64,000 nucleotides of DNA from Syncephalis fuscata S228 (taxonomy: Eukaryota; Fungi; Zoopagomycota). Below are positions 14,513-31,134 of this stretch, one piece after another (position 1 is the first letter of the stretch; the number at the start of each line of letters is the position of its first letter). The DNA lies in contig JAHLTZ010000053.1 of NCBI GenBank assembly GCA_025786725.1, positions 1 to 64,000 on the forward strand, read 5' to 3'. Under the pieces are notes generated by a model. That model made no database searches and was not told the origin of the DNA. It was given only the letters and a program-made list of their open reading frames with translations. The position numbers and the translations under genes were made by a program.

Positions 14513-15524
14513 TTATATTTCATGTCTTAAATCACCATTCTCTGCTATTGGTGTTATAGTAATGATCTGTGATACACCACGCATATATTTGGTCTTGGGT
14601 CGATTTGATTCATCCCTAGTTTTGCGCATTCTTTCACAGTGTTTGGCCAATAAAGTAGTAACAATCATCCTATACATTGATCGCTTAGTTTATATAGAAC
14701 CATATATTATGCATTCTTACCAATCGACAATAAAGAATAAATCTGCATCATCTCCTCCAATTCGAAATGCAATGGAAGCGCAGCATATAGTATTGCACAG
14801 CACAGTCATGGACATTATTTGTAAACCATCACGGGCTAATCGCTTCCACATGTCTGAGCCAAACATCCGATATTGCTTTAGTGCAATCCGACTAAAAAGG
14901 ACAGAAAACAGTATGTTACCAGGCATAGAAACAGAAAACCAATACCATACAAATAAACTTGGATAATAATTATGCAGCCGAATTTTGCCTCGATAGTAAA
15001 TATGCTATAGAAAAGCACAGTTATAAAGCTTAGTTGAGCTAGTATAAGCGGAGTACCAATGTATATAATCCATTTTGGACATGATAGTATTAAATATGCT
15101 TTTGAAGTAAGACAAAGCTATTACATGGATTAACAATCGCCATTCCAACTAAAATTGTTAATATAATTTCTTGACAAACCATTGAACCGCCTAGTGCCGC
15201 AATTATAACAAATGTTCCAGCTAGAAAACCCATAAAAGATGGAATTAAACAGCACCATGCGGCTATTGTATACGGTCGTGCTATAATCATTCTACTGGCA
15301 GTAATACAGTTGTGTGTAGATACATACAGCACTATATATAACAACACCATCTGCATTTGAATGCCTAGTAATCGATTGCGCTGCTCGTGAATATTACCGG
15401 TAGCTTGCATGTAAAAATCGTATAATTGTATATTGCCAAGCGAATCAACAGTCATATTCCATTCTTTTGAAAGATGATTCAGTCGCTCACGGTTTACACC
15501 GCGGCTATCGTCAATAAATGGCAT
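14513..15524 (-). CDS. Multi-pass GPCR-like protein, copy B (two apparent -1 indels; assembly error or recent pseudogene)
   Basis: Same exon structure as copies A and C. Frame breaks at ~15100 (CAAAAGCA versus CAAAAAACA) and ~14970; each is repaired by adding one A to a run. Confidence 0.65.
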
Positions 15525-16582
15525 TGTTGTTGTTGTTATAATATAGTATAAACAAGATGAATTATTTGTATTAGTATAAGAAGAATAAATAGTCAAGTAA
15601 GTGGATGGCTATTGTAAGTTTTAAAAGTTTATACGACTAAAAGTATGAGTAAATGGATTTTTCGCCTATTAAAGGTTGATACCATATGGTATATTACAGT
15701 GCGTATATGTTGTACTGGGCCCCAATACTAGTTTATACAAGGTCTCAAATACGCTAATTGGATAATAAGCATATGCGTGCACCACTGTCACGCGGCATGA
15801 GCTGTGAACAATAAAACCTGTATTGCTGCAGAATGGAAGGCTGAACATAGGCGAATTCATTTATTCTGATTTTTAGTCATATAATGTTCTGTTACGCAGA
15901 TAACGTAAATATACATCACGCAAAAAATTATCTTCATCCCTAATCCTTGACTCTAATAATATCCCTAAGATAAAATTAAAGCCATGGCTTCAATTTATCA
16001 GGGAGATTATTAGGGAAAGAAGATTAGAGATGAGGTAAGTTTTTTGCGTAATGGAAAATATTTTTGTTTAAAGCGTAATTTTCATTATCCTAAAAAGGAA
16101 ATTGTGGATAATCAGCGTAAATACTATAAATAATGACTAAGATCATGTAATGTATTAGAAAATATATAATATATTATGAAAAATTATTAACTATTTAAAA
16201 ATCTATAAACATGTGCGAAAACACCTAATTTCATTATTAACCAATTTGGGAAATATTATATAAACTGATGTATTTAATTTAGCATTTTGTCCAAGCGTGC
16301 GATGACTTATAAGATATCTAGCGCATCAACCAGTGTTGGAGCTAGGTATTATCGCAAATACTTATGACCAGCGTCTAGCTGATGATTTACAGCACAATAT
16401 AATATAACTTTTCAATGTTTATAAATGCATTTCTAATGCTTAATTTACACAGAGAATACTTACATAAATGAGTAGTTTTTTAAAAAATCAAAAATAACAA
16501 GCTTATATAACCTTTTACGCATATATAATGATATTTACAATTTATTAACTTAATTGTAATTTTTACGATATATAAAAGCGGC

Positions 16583-17596
16583 CTATATTTTATATTTCAA
16601 GCTATCATTTTCTGCCGTTGGCGCTGCAGTAGTAATTTGTGATACACCAAGCATATATTTGGTCTTGGGTCGGGTTGATTCACCCCTAGTTTTGCGCATT
16701 ATTTTACAGTGTTTGGCCAGTAGCGTAGCAATAACCACCCTATATATTGACCAATTAGTTTACGCAATATTATATATTACCACCCCTTACCAATCGACAA
16801 TAAAGAATAGATCAGCATTATCTCCTCCGATTCGAGACACAACGGCCACACAGCATATAGTATTGCACAGCACAGTCATGGACATTATTTGTAAACCATC
16901 ACGGGCTAATCGCTTCCACATGTCTGAGCCAAACATCCGATATTGCTTTAGTGCAATCCGACTAAAAAGGACAGAAAACAGTATGTTACCAGGCATAGAA
17001 ACAGAAAACCAATACCATAAAAACAGCTTTGGATGATAATCTACGCAGCCGACTTTTGTTTCGATAGTAAATATGCTATAGAAAAGCACAGTTATAAAGC
17101 TTAGTTGAGCTAGTATAAGCGGAGTACCAATGTATATAATCCATTTTGGACGTGATAGTATTAAATATGTTTTTTGAAGTAAGACCAAACTGTTACATGG
17201 ATTAACAATGGCCATTCCAGCTACATTTATCAGTATAATTTCTCGACAAGCCATTGAACCGCCTAGTGCCGCAATTATAACAAATGTTCCAGCTAGAAAA
17301 CCCATAAAAGATGGAATTAAACAGCACCATGCGGCTATTGTATACGGTCGTGCTATAATCATTCTACTGGCAGTAATACAGTTGTGTGTAGATACATACA
17401 GCACTATATATAACAACACCATCTGCATTTGAATGCCTAGTAATCGATTGCGCTGCTCGTGAATATTACCGGTAGCTTGCATGTAAAAATCGTATAATTG
17501 TATATTGCCAAGCGAATCAACAGTCATATTCCATTCTTTTGAAAGATGATTCAGTCGCTCACGGTTTACACCGCGGCTATCGTCAATAAATGGCAT
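16583..17596 (-). CDS. Multi-pass GPCR-like protein, copy C (identical to A)
   Basis: Reverse complement of copy A, including the intron and last exon. Confidence 0.75.
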
Positions 17597-18741
17597 TGTT
17601 GTTGTTGTTATAATATAGTATAAACAAGATGAATTATTTGTATTAGTATAAGAAGAATAAATAGTCAAGTAAGTGGATGGCTATTGTAAGTTTTAAAAGT
17701 TTATACGACTAAAAGTATGAGTAAATGGATTTTTCGCCTATTAAAGGTTGATACCATATGGTATATTACAGTGCGTATATGTTGTACTGGGCCCCAATAC
17801 TAGTTTATATGAAATTTCGAATACGCTAATTGGATAATAAGTTTATGGGTACTATTGCTATGCGATATGTTCTATGAATTATAAAGCTTGTATTTATTGC
17901 AGACTACACGGCAAAACATAGGTGAGTTAAATTATTTTGATTTGTTAGCCATATAATAAAGATTGGCATTATAGCAAATGAATAGAATTATGTAATGTAC
18001 TAAAACTATATCATATATTGTTAAGATTATCAGTTAGGCAATAGGTTGTAAATACTTGTGATAATGCTTAATTTTAATGCTGAATGTACAAGACATATTG
18101 TATAATTGTTGCATCACATTTAGTATCTTTCCAAACGTGTGCAGAATGATAAATTCAGGTTACTAGTAAATTGAAATCAAAATGTGTGCAGATATTATTG
18201 AATTTATTTATAAAATTTTAAAACGTGAAATAGTTTATATTATTCTTTTGTACAATTAATGTTGGTATCAAGTGTTTTTACATGCATTTGTAGTCCGTTG
18301 CTTAGCTGATGGTTTTAACAATATATAATATGCTTTTTAATACATTATACATTTCTCGTCATTTTGCTATAATGCTGATCTTTATTTTATAGCCAACAAA
18401 TCAAAAATAGCTAATTCGCCTTTGTTTGCCTTGTATTATGCAACAAATACAGGTTTACTGAGGATAGATCATGTCGCGTGACAGTAGTACACGCATGTTT
18501 ATTGGCCAATTAGCCCACTCAAAACTTGTATAGACTAGCATTGAAATGCCAGCATAACATACATTTACTGCAATATATACCATGGCATCGGCTTCTAATA
18601 GGCGAAAACCCATTTACTTATTTTTCTTAGTCGTATATAATCTTAAACTTGCAATATTTATCCAACCTCTTAATCTTTTATTATTCCTATTATTATCCAA
18701 ATAAGATATCTTGTTTATAATATATAAAATCAACAACAACA

Positions 18742-19755
18742 ATGCCATTTACTGATGATAGTGAAGGTTTAAACCTCAAGCGACTGCATAGTATTGCAAA
18801 AGAATGGAATACAACTATTGATTCGCTTGGTACTATACCATTATACGATTTTTACATGAAAGTTACTGATGATATCCATGAACAACGCGATCGATTATCG
18901 GCTACTCAAATGCAAATAGTATTGTCAACTGCAGTAATGTATGTATCTATACACAACTGCATTACTGCCGGCAGAATGATCATAGCACGACCAAATACAT
19001 TAGCTGCATGGTGCTGTTTGATTCCATCTTTTGTAGGCATTTTATCTGCGATATTCGTTGCAAATGAGATGTTAGGCGGTTCAGCGACTTGTCGAGACAC
19101 CCTGGTGGTAGCTTTGGTTGGAATGGTCCTTGTTAATCCATGTAACAGCTTGGTTTTACTTCAAAAAACATACTTAATACTTTCACGTCCAAAATGGATT
19201 ATATGCATTGGCATTCCAATTATACTAGTCCAACTAAGCTACATAAGTGCGCTTTTCTATAGTATATTTACTTACGAGCCAAAATTCGGCTGCATAGATT
19301 ATTATCCAAAAATATTTATATGGTATTGGTTTTCTATTTCTATGCCTGGTAACATACTGTTTTCGATCCTTTTTAGTCGGATTGCACTAAAACAATACAG
19401 GCTTTTTGGATCGGACATGTGGAAACGATTGGCACGCGATGGTTTACAAATAATGTCCATGACTGTGCTGTGCAATACAATATGCTCTGCGGTCATTGCG
19501 TTCCGAATTGGAGAAAACAATTCTGAACTATTCTTTACTGTAGACTGGTAAGAAATGCTACTATATGCTGCTAAATACACTAACTTATGAGTTTATAGGA
19601 TAGTTGTTGCTACATTATTAGCCAAACATTGTGAAATAATGCGCAGAACTGGGGGCGAATCAAACCGGCCCAGGACCGAATATATGTTTGGTGTATCACA
19701 GATCGCAACCGTGGCTTTAGTACCAGAAAATGATAGTTTGGGATATAAAATATAA
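18742..19755 (+). CDS. Multi-pass GPCR-like protein, copy D (diverged paralog)
   Basis: 269-aa ORF, intron at ~19548-19598 and homologous last exon; divergently oriented from copy C. Confidence 0.75.
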
Positions 19756-20903
19756 ATCGCTTTTTATATATCGTAAGAATTATAATTAAATTAATAAGCG
19801 GTAGCAACTATAAATGTATATATTTAAAATATAATGTACGAAAATTGTTAATCTTTAGTTTTTAAAGGTTATTCACTTATCTAGACATTTTTGTGTAAAT
19901 GGAGACTAACATTATAAACACGATTAAAAACATTTAACATAATGTTATATTGTAAACCATAAACCAGACAATACGCTATAAATACGCGTGAGAATGCTTA
20001 GTCTCAGCACTGGACAACACAGGAGATATTGTATGAATAATTACACGTTTGAGTAAAATGTTAAATTAAATGCATTGGCTTATATTGTCACAATAGGAGC
20101 AGCGCTGGGACGTATCAAGCCAACACTGGATATCTGATAAAATAAACTAATAAAAAGACACTTGACAGCTAAGTAAAATAATACTAATGATTTTCATTGA
20201 TAATGAAAAATAATGAATATTTACATTAGCTAGTTAAAGCGGTAAAATGTCTTTTAAGTACCCATGCATTTGTTCGCGTCGATCGTTGATACGAATACTT
20301 TGTTTGTGTTACATCATAATATTCCCTATATCGATTAATACTGAAAATATTATTATATAAACTACGAATAGTTTTATTATGTAAAGTGTTAAATTATTTA
20401 TGTTGTAAACATAATTAACTGATCGCAGAATGGTCACTGATACTAATTATCATGCCGACAACACAATTTGATAAATATTCAGCAAGCATTGTGGAGTCAT
20501 GCAATTATAAATATTATTCTAATAGCTTGCAGAATTAATATTCAAAGTATCATATAAACTGTGACGATAGTAGCAACTCTAACACAAATTAATTACATTA
20601 TTCCTACTATTATTATTATACTATAAGTATCAAATTAGCGTATAAATTATTTTATTAATTAAGTAGAATATTTATTACATTTGAATTACTCAATATACAT
20701 ATTCATTTGAAAAAACCTTTTATTGTTTCAATCACAATTGCGCATCCAATTAATGCGAGTTGGGCGACACATATGATTATAATCGAAATCAACTATTACA
20801 ATACCAAAAGATCAAACATAGCATCGTCAACTCAGCTACTGTTATCATTTCAATCAGTCCCATCATAACAATAAGCGCACAGATAAACAAAACTAGCGAG
20901 TAA

Positions 20904-21622
20904 TTATTTCTTGCCGCTCTTGCCACGGCTTGATGTACGCTTTCGCTCTTCTTCTTCACGGATCAGCTCTGCCGCTAGTCGCTCGCGTTCCCGATCGGCC
21001 CGTTCCTTCTCCTCTTCTTCCGCTTGTTGCTGCTCTTCACGTTCTCGTTGCTCTTGAAGCGCTTGTTCATTTTCCTGTTCTTTTTGCATTTCCTCCATTT
21101 CACGCTGCTGCTCTTTCTGTCGCTCGTGCATTACCATTTCCGATGCTGTCTGGAAGATTTGCTGGCCCCAGCCTTCTTTTAGATGATTAGCCTCCTGGAC
21201 AACCTCCATCAACTCTAATTCCATTTCGTCTTCAGCCGCTTGGAACTGATTCCAAACATCTTCGCCAATCTGGCCACTTTTAACCAAAGTGCTAAGCGAA
21301 GGCTTTTGCTCTCGCAACTCATATATACGACCAACATCCTCCATGGCGCGGCGCACTAGTGCGGTCTTTAAATCAGCCTCAGAGGCTTCGGGCTCTTGTT
21401 CTTGCAAATCATAATACTGTTCACGCGTTTTGTGTTCAGGAAACCAGCCTTCTGCCACTCGATTTACTGGCCGTGCGTAATAGATAAGGTAAGTCAGTTA
21501 GCATTAGATATGTTGTCACTTTAGCACCTACCAGTGGCTTTACGCTTGTGATAACAGTAAGCAAATGTGCCAAATACAACCGCCAGTCCGGTCATATACG
21601 CAGAAGCAAGTCCTAGAGACAT
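20904..21622 (-). CDS. SEC66: Sec62/63 translocon subunit Sec66/Sec71
   Basis: N-terminal TM exon (MSLGLASAYMTGLAVVFGTFAY), one intron, then LKTALVRRAMEDV..I...KPSL..L...GQIGEDVW..F..AE.EME.E..EV..EA...K.GWGQ.IF.TA.EM. Confidence 0.88.
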
Positions 21623-22595
21623 TGTGCAGTGATCTTAATGCAATAGTTTGATGAGTCGAGTCGAATAGACGCCAGTAGAAGGTAGACGAATGCGCAAAAC
21701 AAAAGAACAAAAAGTAACAAGGGGATTGATAGCTATGGCTACAAACATAAACAGTGCTCTATTGGAACTGAGTGCGTACCATGTGTGGTATAGATTATGT
21801 GTGGCGAGAGCTGATTGGGGAAATGTCCTCATTCCCACAAGTGTTTATTAATGACTGCCCAGTCAGATCAATACGATGAAGGGCCTTGTCTATTGACATG
21901 TCACAACTAACAACCCGTCGATGATGAGTGGGAGCTAAACGCATAGCTCGTATCTGCAGTAGTGATACTGTAGATCGGTGTCCTGGTTATTTATTTAATC
22001 TGGGTACGTGTGCGCGAGGAGTGTTCGCCCCCAAATACCACCTTTTTACGGATACTCTTACTCCTATCTGAGCGGTGTTTTATAGTTATAATTTAAATAG
22101 AACAAGAAACAATTGATAGACAACAATGGATTGGTGCAGTTGTATATAAATTGCATTACATGTGTTAAGTAGACAGGTATGCAGTATTGTGTTTTTATTT
22201 CAGCTACGTAATATAGGTGATATAGATTACTGCTTATCAGTAATAGTCAAACAAATAAAATCGCTTAAACTGCATAAACTATTGTAGCAATAAATAGAAA
22301 TGCAATTTATTTATCATAAATAGTTTGTATAGTTGGAGACACTATTAATAGCGTAGATCATTAATTATAAACGAACAAAATAGTGGTAAAATATGATTAG
22401 CACACAATTTTAATGAGTACCGTTTTGGACAGTATAGACACTGCCAACAACTGTTCATAAGTAATATCTCCTTTTCCCATTTAACACCAATTTACTTTTG
22501 TATAAATTAACAATGCATTTAAGCTGTAAGTACGCTTGATCTTTAAACGCCTTTTATAAGGCATGATAGATGTTTTATATTAACCATTTCAATAG

Positions 22596-24556
22596 CTGCC
22601 GACTACTACATTCACAGTCTGCCCGGTCTTCCTTCGAATGTAACAATTCGACAATACTCGGGGTAATAGGACACCGGTCTGCAATTAGAGTCACTGCGAA
22701 CTAACAAAAGTCTAGGCATATTCCTCTAGACGACCAGCATGGAACAAATTTGTTTTTTTGGCTGGTAACAAAACAAGAATTTCAATCTAAAGATCGCTTG
22801 GTATGTTAGAACGTGCTATGTTATCAATCGGCTAATAAACCGGCTATTTGTAGGTGATATGGTTTAATGGAGGTAAGCTACAGTTGTTAATAAAATGTCA
22901 AATACAAAGTGTTGAGCTTATTATAGGTCCAGGATGGTAGGTGTTTACTTATTGTTAGGTAGACAAACAAATACTGACAATGGTATGGACATACAACGAT
23001 AAAGTTCAAGGCAAGTGTTATTTAATCATATTAATTGATTTAATTAATCTGTGGCAATATCAATGATACAGTATGGATGGTGTGTTTATGGAAAATGGCC
23101 CATATCGACCCCGAAAAGATCTTCAGCTTGATATTAATCCGTATAGTTGGCACAAATATGCCAGTGTTTTATTTGGTAAATAGATTGTCATGCCATCATT
23201 AATGAAAACTAATGACAATGATAGTGGATCAGCCAGTAGGTACAGGATTTAGTTATTCTGAGAGTAAAAGCAACGTACACGATCTTCCAAGTGTGGCAAG
23301 AGATATGCGTCTATTTCTTAAGAAATTTATGCAAATATTTCCCGAGTATAGCAATAGCGAGGTAGTTTGGCAAAATGACATGATTTAATGGCAGGCATTG
23401 ATTAATTGATTAGATATACTTGGCCGGCGAGAGTTATGCAGGTGTATATATTCCGTATATCGCAAAAGAGTTTGTAGATGCTAGCGAGAAACCAAATACC
23501 GACTTTAAAGTAAGAGCAAAATGGTTATTAATAATTAGTATTAACATAAAAGTTTAGGTAAATTTAGCAGGATTGGCCTTAGGTAATGGCTGGATCGATA
23601 GTTATACGATTGTAAGAGTTGCAGAAACAAAAAAAGTTATATACTAATAATGGATTTATACGCTAGTATATGAGCTATGTTGAATTTGCTGAGAAATATA
23701 ACTTAATGAGCGGCGAAAGTTTGGTAGGTTAACCAATAGAATGGTGATAAATGTTATTTATTAGCCATATATATATATATTGTAGGAACAAGCCAAACAG
23801 TATACCAAAGAATGTGATTTAGAATATAAAAAGTATGGCGAGAAAATTAAATATGATAAATGTGAAAAGATATTTAGTACAATTCTTGATTCATCAATTC
23901 AAATGTATGTAATGTCATTTATCGACCATTTTATATCATTATTAATCCATATATACTAGTGACAAGGCTGGCAATAAAACATGCTTGAATATCTATGATA
24001 AGCGATTGCGCGACCCATATCCGCAGTGTGGTATGGCGTGGCCTCCTATTCTGCCGTATGTTTACTCCTACTTGAAGGCAAGTATTAGAGTAGTTTATTC
24101 GTGTATCTGAATGTATTAACAATGGCTAGGACACAGCGTAAAGATGTAGTAAAAGCAATCCATGCTGAGAAAAAGCCTACCGAATGGATTGAATGTGATA
24201 ATACCGTTTTAACCTCTTTAGAGAGGGATAGAAGCAATTCTTCTCATCTGGTAAGCATAACAATAACGATAACACTAGCAATAGTAGAACACAGAGTGTC
24301 ATATCTAATTTAATGCTATTTATTATTAGCTTTTACCAGATCTGTTAAAGAAAATGCGAGTGCTATTTTTCGTGTATGTTTTAGTAATATTAAGCTTCTA
24401 TAACTGACTTTTATATTTATAAATCGTTTTTATTTTTATAGAGGCGACGAAGATACATTATGTAATCGTATAGGACTAGAACATACCATTGAGCGCATGA
24501 CGTGGAATGGTAAAAAAGGATTTCAGGTAAAATGATTAATTGTAATTATTTTAAAT

Positions 24557-24591
<35 letters not shown>

Positions 24592-25168
24592 ATAATAATA
24601 ATAATAATAATAATTAGGATACACCTCAGTTCTTTTGGAAAATTGAAAATAAATCTGTTGGCTTATGGCAGGAGGATCGTAATGTTACCTATGCCCGTAT
24701 ATTTCATGGAAGCCACATGCTGGCAGTTGACAACTCACTCGAAGCATTCGATATGATGAATCGGTTCATGGGTATAGAAAATACATCATCAGCATCCGAA
24801 ATATTAACTGCTGTAAGCATTGTGTCTAGCATAATTGAATATATTATTTTTAACAATTTAATATAGAGCGCGGTAATTTCAAAACTAGAACACAACAAAA
24901 ATGGAGAATCCACGGGTACAGTGCAAGTATTACAGACAAGCATTTTAATTATTCTGTATTAACAATCAAATATGCGTTTAGTGCCAATCTGTTCTGGGTA
25001 GTTGGTGTTATAGCAGTGCTGGGTCTGTTTGCCACTTATTTTGTTCATCGGCAACGGCGTAGATCAGCGAGAAAGCCAGTGATAGAAGAGGAAGCACTTA
25101 TGTTTTCGTCAGAGCTCGAGCCAATCCGAACAGAATCAAATGAGCCGGAATCATTGCACGATAATTAA
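22596..25168 (+). CDS. KEX1: Serine carboxypeptidase S10, KEX1-like with C-terminal TM (5' start not resolved)
   Basis: Spliced motifs DYYIHSLPGL, WFNGGPGCSSMDG.F.ENGP, VDQPVGTGFSY, IYLAGESYAG.YIPY, GNGWID, GDEDTLCN and GSHML; TM segment LFWVVGVIAVLGLFATYF followed by a basic tail. Confidence 0.8.
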
Positions 25169-25408
25169 TATATTCGTATATATACACACATATATATATA
25201 TTTGAACATTGGTGAATAACTACACTGATTCGTGCTTTTAACTCTTTAAGCATCAATCTTTACTATAAATTAATTTATCAAAATTATAAAGTTAATTATG
25301 ATGATTTTTACTTAGTAGCACATGCAAGACTTGGAATAAAAGTGGGCAATGATTATTGTTTGAGAATGCAATTAATATTTTGTTCAATAAATACACCCAA
25401 TAAATGGA

Positions 25409-27337
25409 TTATTTTCTAGAATTAGCGTGACGAGTGTAGCGCGGATAAGTGTGACGATACATAAGACGCCATACTTCCCAGCGTGCCTCCTCGAACATGT
25501 TTGGACTCCAGTTGTTTTCACGTACACGCTCATCAATTGCATTTCGCATTCGGTGGGGTATATTGACTTCCAGTGGGGCACCATTTTGAAGAAAAGCCTC
25601 GTAAATCTTGCTCAGTTCCTCGCGTGTTTGGGAAGAGCAATGACGTCGTGTATGATGAGTACCTTCCATAACACTACGACAACGGTCGTAAAAAAGCGGA
25701 TTTTCTACACTAAATTCACTCACTGCAAATCCACAAAACTATATTATTGTGCCAAATTGTTAATGACTATTGATTATATAATGTCCCATTTACCTTTTCA
25801 AAGTCATTGGGACGATGAAGAATATCCATAAACCCGTCTTCAGATGTTGGGTCTCTTAAAAGATAGGTAAATGTCCAAACAACAGCCGTGGGTGAGATGA
25901 CCGTCAGAAGGTGACCAGCCACCAAATAGAAGGCAAGCCAGTTGCCTAATGGCTGTATTGCCTCAACATGTTTTCGAATTAGTGGTGACGTAGACATTAC
26001 TAATTGGAATAGCGATAGAAAAGCACCGACTACCACAGTGGCACAAAGCTCAACGAACAAGCCATACGTGTCGGCTGAACGATAATAAATCTAGTATAAA
26101 TTTATATTTGTTTAACTTAAATGTAGCAGCGTATCTGTTTTACTTACTGTTAGCATGATTGGCAAAGCACAAAGACTATAAAGAATTGCAAAAATATGCA
26201 TTGGATAGAATTCGGGACCAAAGCGGCAATCGGCGCTATCGCTCAATCCAGTCTTCATTCGATCGCTAACTCCATAAGCAATGCCCGTCGACACAATAAA
26301 TATGATGGTTAAAACAAAGATTACCATGAAAATCCATTTGGTTGATACCCATACACGATGACGGTAGCAGAATTCACGTTCAAGTACTTCGAATACGCCA
26401 CCAATATTGCTATTTCGGTTGTCACCCTTACTAATACTCTCTAAAATGTGGGACGCATCCTTAGGCTCTGCAAAGTAGGAATGGGCGCGAGATGGAGGCA
26501 AGGTAACCGATGGACTATGGCAAAGTAAAGGACGTTCAATTCCGCTATAGGATGAGCATTCAAGCAATCCATTGTGGTAGATGGTAGAAGTCTGGCTTGG
26601 GCCATATAAAGATTTGGCAGGTGTTGATAAATAAGCGGTAGAGTCGCTTATAATACTAATGGTCTTCAATACAGGCTTCACTTCGGTCGGCGTAGGTAGA
26701 ACTATAGTGCCGTCCGCTAAAAAGGCCGGTAGCGGCGGAACAGGTGGTATTGACGAGCGCCCGCGTCGTCGTCGGTCGTTTGACACGGAAGTGCCGGTAG
26801 ACATCGTAGACCGTGATCCGGAAAAGGATCGTGAGCGGGATGAAAGACTGGCATGTGCCAACGATACATTCGAAGGACTATGCAGTAAGGATCCAAATGA
26901 TTTTCTAGAGGCTAGAGAGCGAGCAAATGTCGAAGATTTGCGCTGAACAAGCGTCAGTGCCGCCACTAATTTACTGCGCGTCGATCGATGCAAAAATATT
27001 AAACGCCCACATCTATTAGTTATCATGTTATTATTAGCTTGGCAAAGCGTGACTGTTGGCTAATTACTTGCCGACAAACTAGAATGGACCACCATAAGGG
27101 CCATAAGATACTTTCAAACCAAAGCCCCAGCCAGCAGGGTATAGCGCCATGATAAGCCTCACGAATTAAATAGAAGGTGGTCAGTATGACCGACACTATT
27201 GAACTAAACATGGTTAATGGTACTGATCGATGCTCAAGCGCCGAGTCTTGGCGTAATAAATAAAATATCCATAGTGATAGCATCACTACAAATATCCATA
27301 TACCAAGAATGGCGCTATAAAGTGCTGCATCTGCCAT
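25409..27337 (-). CDS. Multi-TM protein with C-terminal RGS domain (7TM-RGS-like)
   Basis: Hydrophobic helices in ORFs 27023-27337, 26112-27026 and 25767-26060. RGS motifs FSVENPLFY, IYEAFLQNGAPLEVNI and FEEARWEV..LM...TYPRY. The first intron has a GC donor at 27071. Confidence 0.8.
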
Positions 27338-28784
27338 AATAGTTTAATAACGAATTTGTTTTGTGTGTAAAATGTATCTATAATTGCTAATTCAGCAATA
27401 ATAATAATAATGATAATGATAATAATTGAAATTAATAACAATTATAAGATACGTTAAAGGTTTAGGAGCAATTGGGTTTTTCTTGTTTAATAGGTGGGCG
27501 TTGCTTGTGCGTTATGCAACGTATACTATCGTTATTATCGATTGTAGGAACATGAAACCGTATACGGGTGTAGAGGTGAAGAAGGATACGGATAAATGAA
27601 TGGAAAGGCGAAAAGCAAAACTCGTCGATAAGTGTGTGCACAAAGTGTGTAATATATATATTAAAAGATCGCGTAGGTTGAAACTTTACGTAGCATTGTT
27701 TGAGATACACGAGCCGATGCCATCCAGCTAGACAAAATGTGATAATTAAGTTACTTGGCAGCCAATAGGGACTTGATTATTGAGCGACCAATCCTAGGAG
27801 ATGCCATTATTGCTTGAGGTGCCCTTGAACAACCGACGCGATCCTCATTAATAGGCCTTAATCGACATAGTCAAAACAAAAAAACAAAGGTGATTTTTAC
27901 GTGAGACCGAGTACAAGTTTGTACATCATCTATATCCACCGCTTTATTAGGACTATCTTCATTTGAATAACTTGTTTACACATGCACGCAAGCAGATGTC
28001 AATCTATTTATTGAATACAACTTTTCGGCACAGCCTTGCTAGTCTATTTATTAATTTGCGTAAATTTTTTTATCATTCAAACCATTCTGTAACTCATTAT
28101 CCGTATCACAACCACGGAACAAGTTTCGGTGGCACATTAAATAAATTCACGTGTTGTTAAATGTAATGCAGCACATCTCGATACGTGAAGTAACAGTGCT
28201 ACAACTGCATCACTATACTCAAGCTCCTTATTAGCATAAAACTTGCCATTACTCCTAGTATTATTTGAATCAGTAACACTGATATCACTGTTATGGTTAT
28301 TATGACAATGACAATGACAATGGCTATGACTATGACTATAACTATGACTATTGTTAATAGTTCGCCTTTATTAATACCAAGGTTTGACTACATTAATTAC
28401 CTTATATGAATATTCATAGGCCATAGTCTAAAGCCATATGTATTTAAATGGCAATAGATGATAATAAATACTTGCCAATAGATTTAATCGCGTGTGTATG
28501 ATGATCTTATCAAGAAATACCATTATTCACTTCCTCCCCTCGCTCTCTCTCTCTTCTCTCACACTCCTTTATTTGCTTCCCTGCATTGATATCTATATCA
28601 AAAGAGGAAACTCAGTATTGCCTTCAGTTTAATAACAAGGCGTCTAACAAGTAATGTTCCCCTTGAACTATCGTATTCTCCACAAGACTCTTCGTGCGTC
28701 CGTTACCACTATCAACGGTACACATTGCTCGCGCCTTCTAACTTCACCTCACTTTGTTCGTACACCAGTTTCACCACCCGTACT

Positions 28785-30968
<2,184 letters not shown>

Positions 30969-31134
30969 ACGACGCGATTGAAAAGAAGAAAGAATAGTTA
31001 TAACCGCCAATCAACTACCATGAATTGCGCTAATAAATGCCATTAAATAATGGTTTTAAACAAAAAGTTTTATATTGCTATATTTGTTTATTTTTTGTTA
31101 ATTATAATGTGATGCGGTGTTAAATGATTACATT

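Larger units (their letters stand above)
12384..17744. repeat. ~1.3-kb near-identical inverted repeat (arms ~12384-13682 and ~16445-17744) carrying copies A and C, with copy B in the spacer
   Basis: The ORF track gives identical 293-aa translations on opposite strands. The flanks also match as reverse complements. Confidence 0.9.
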
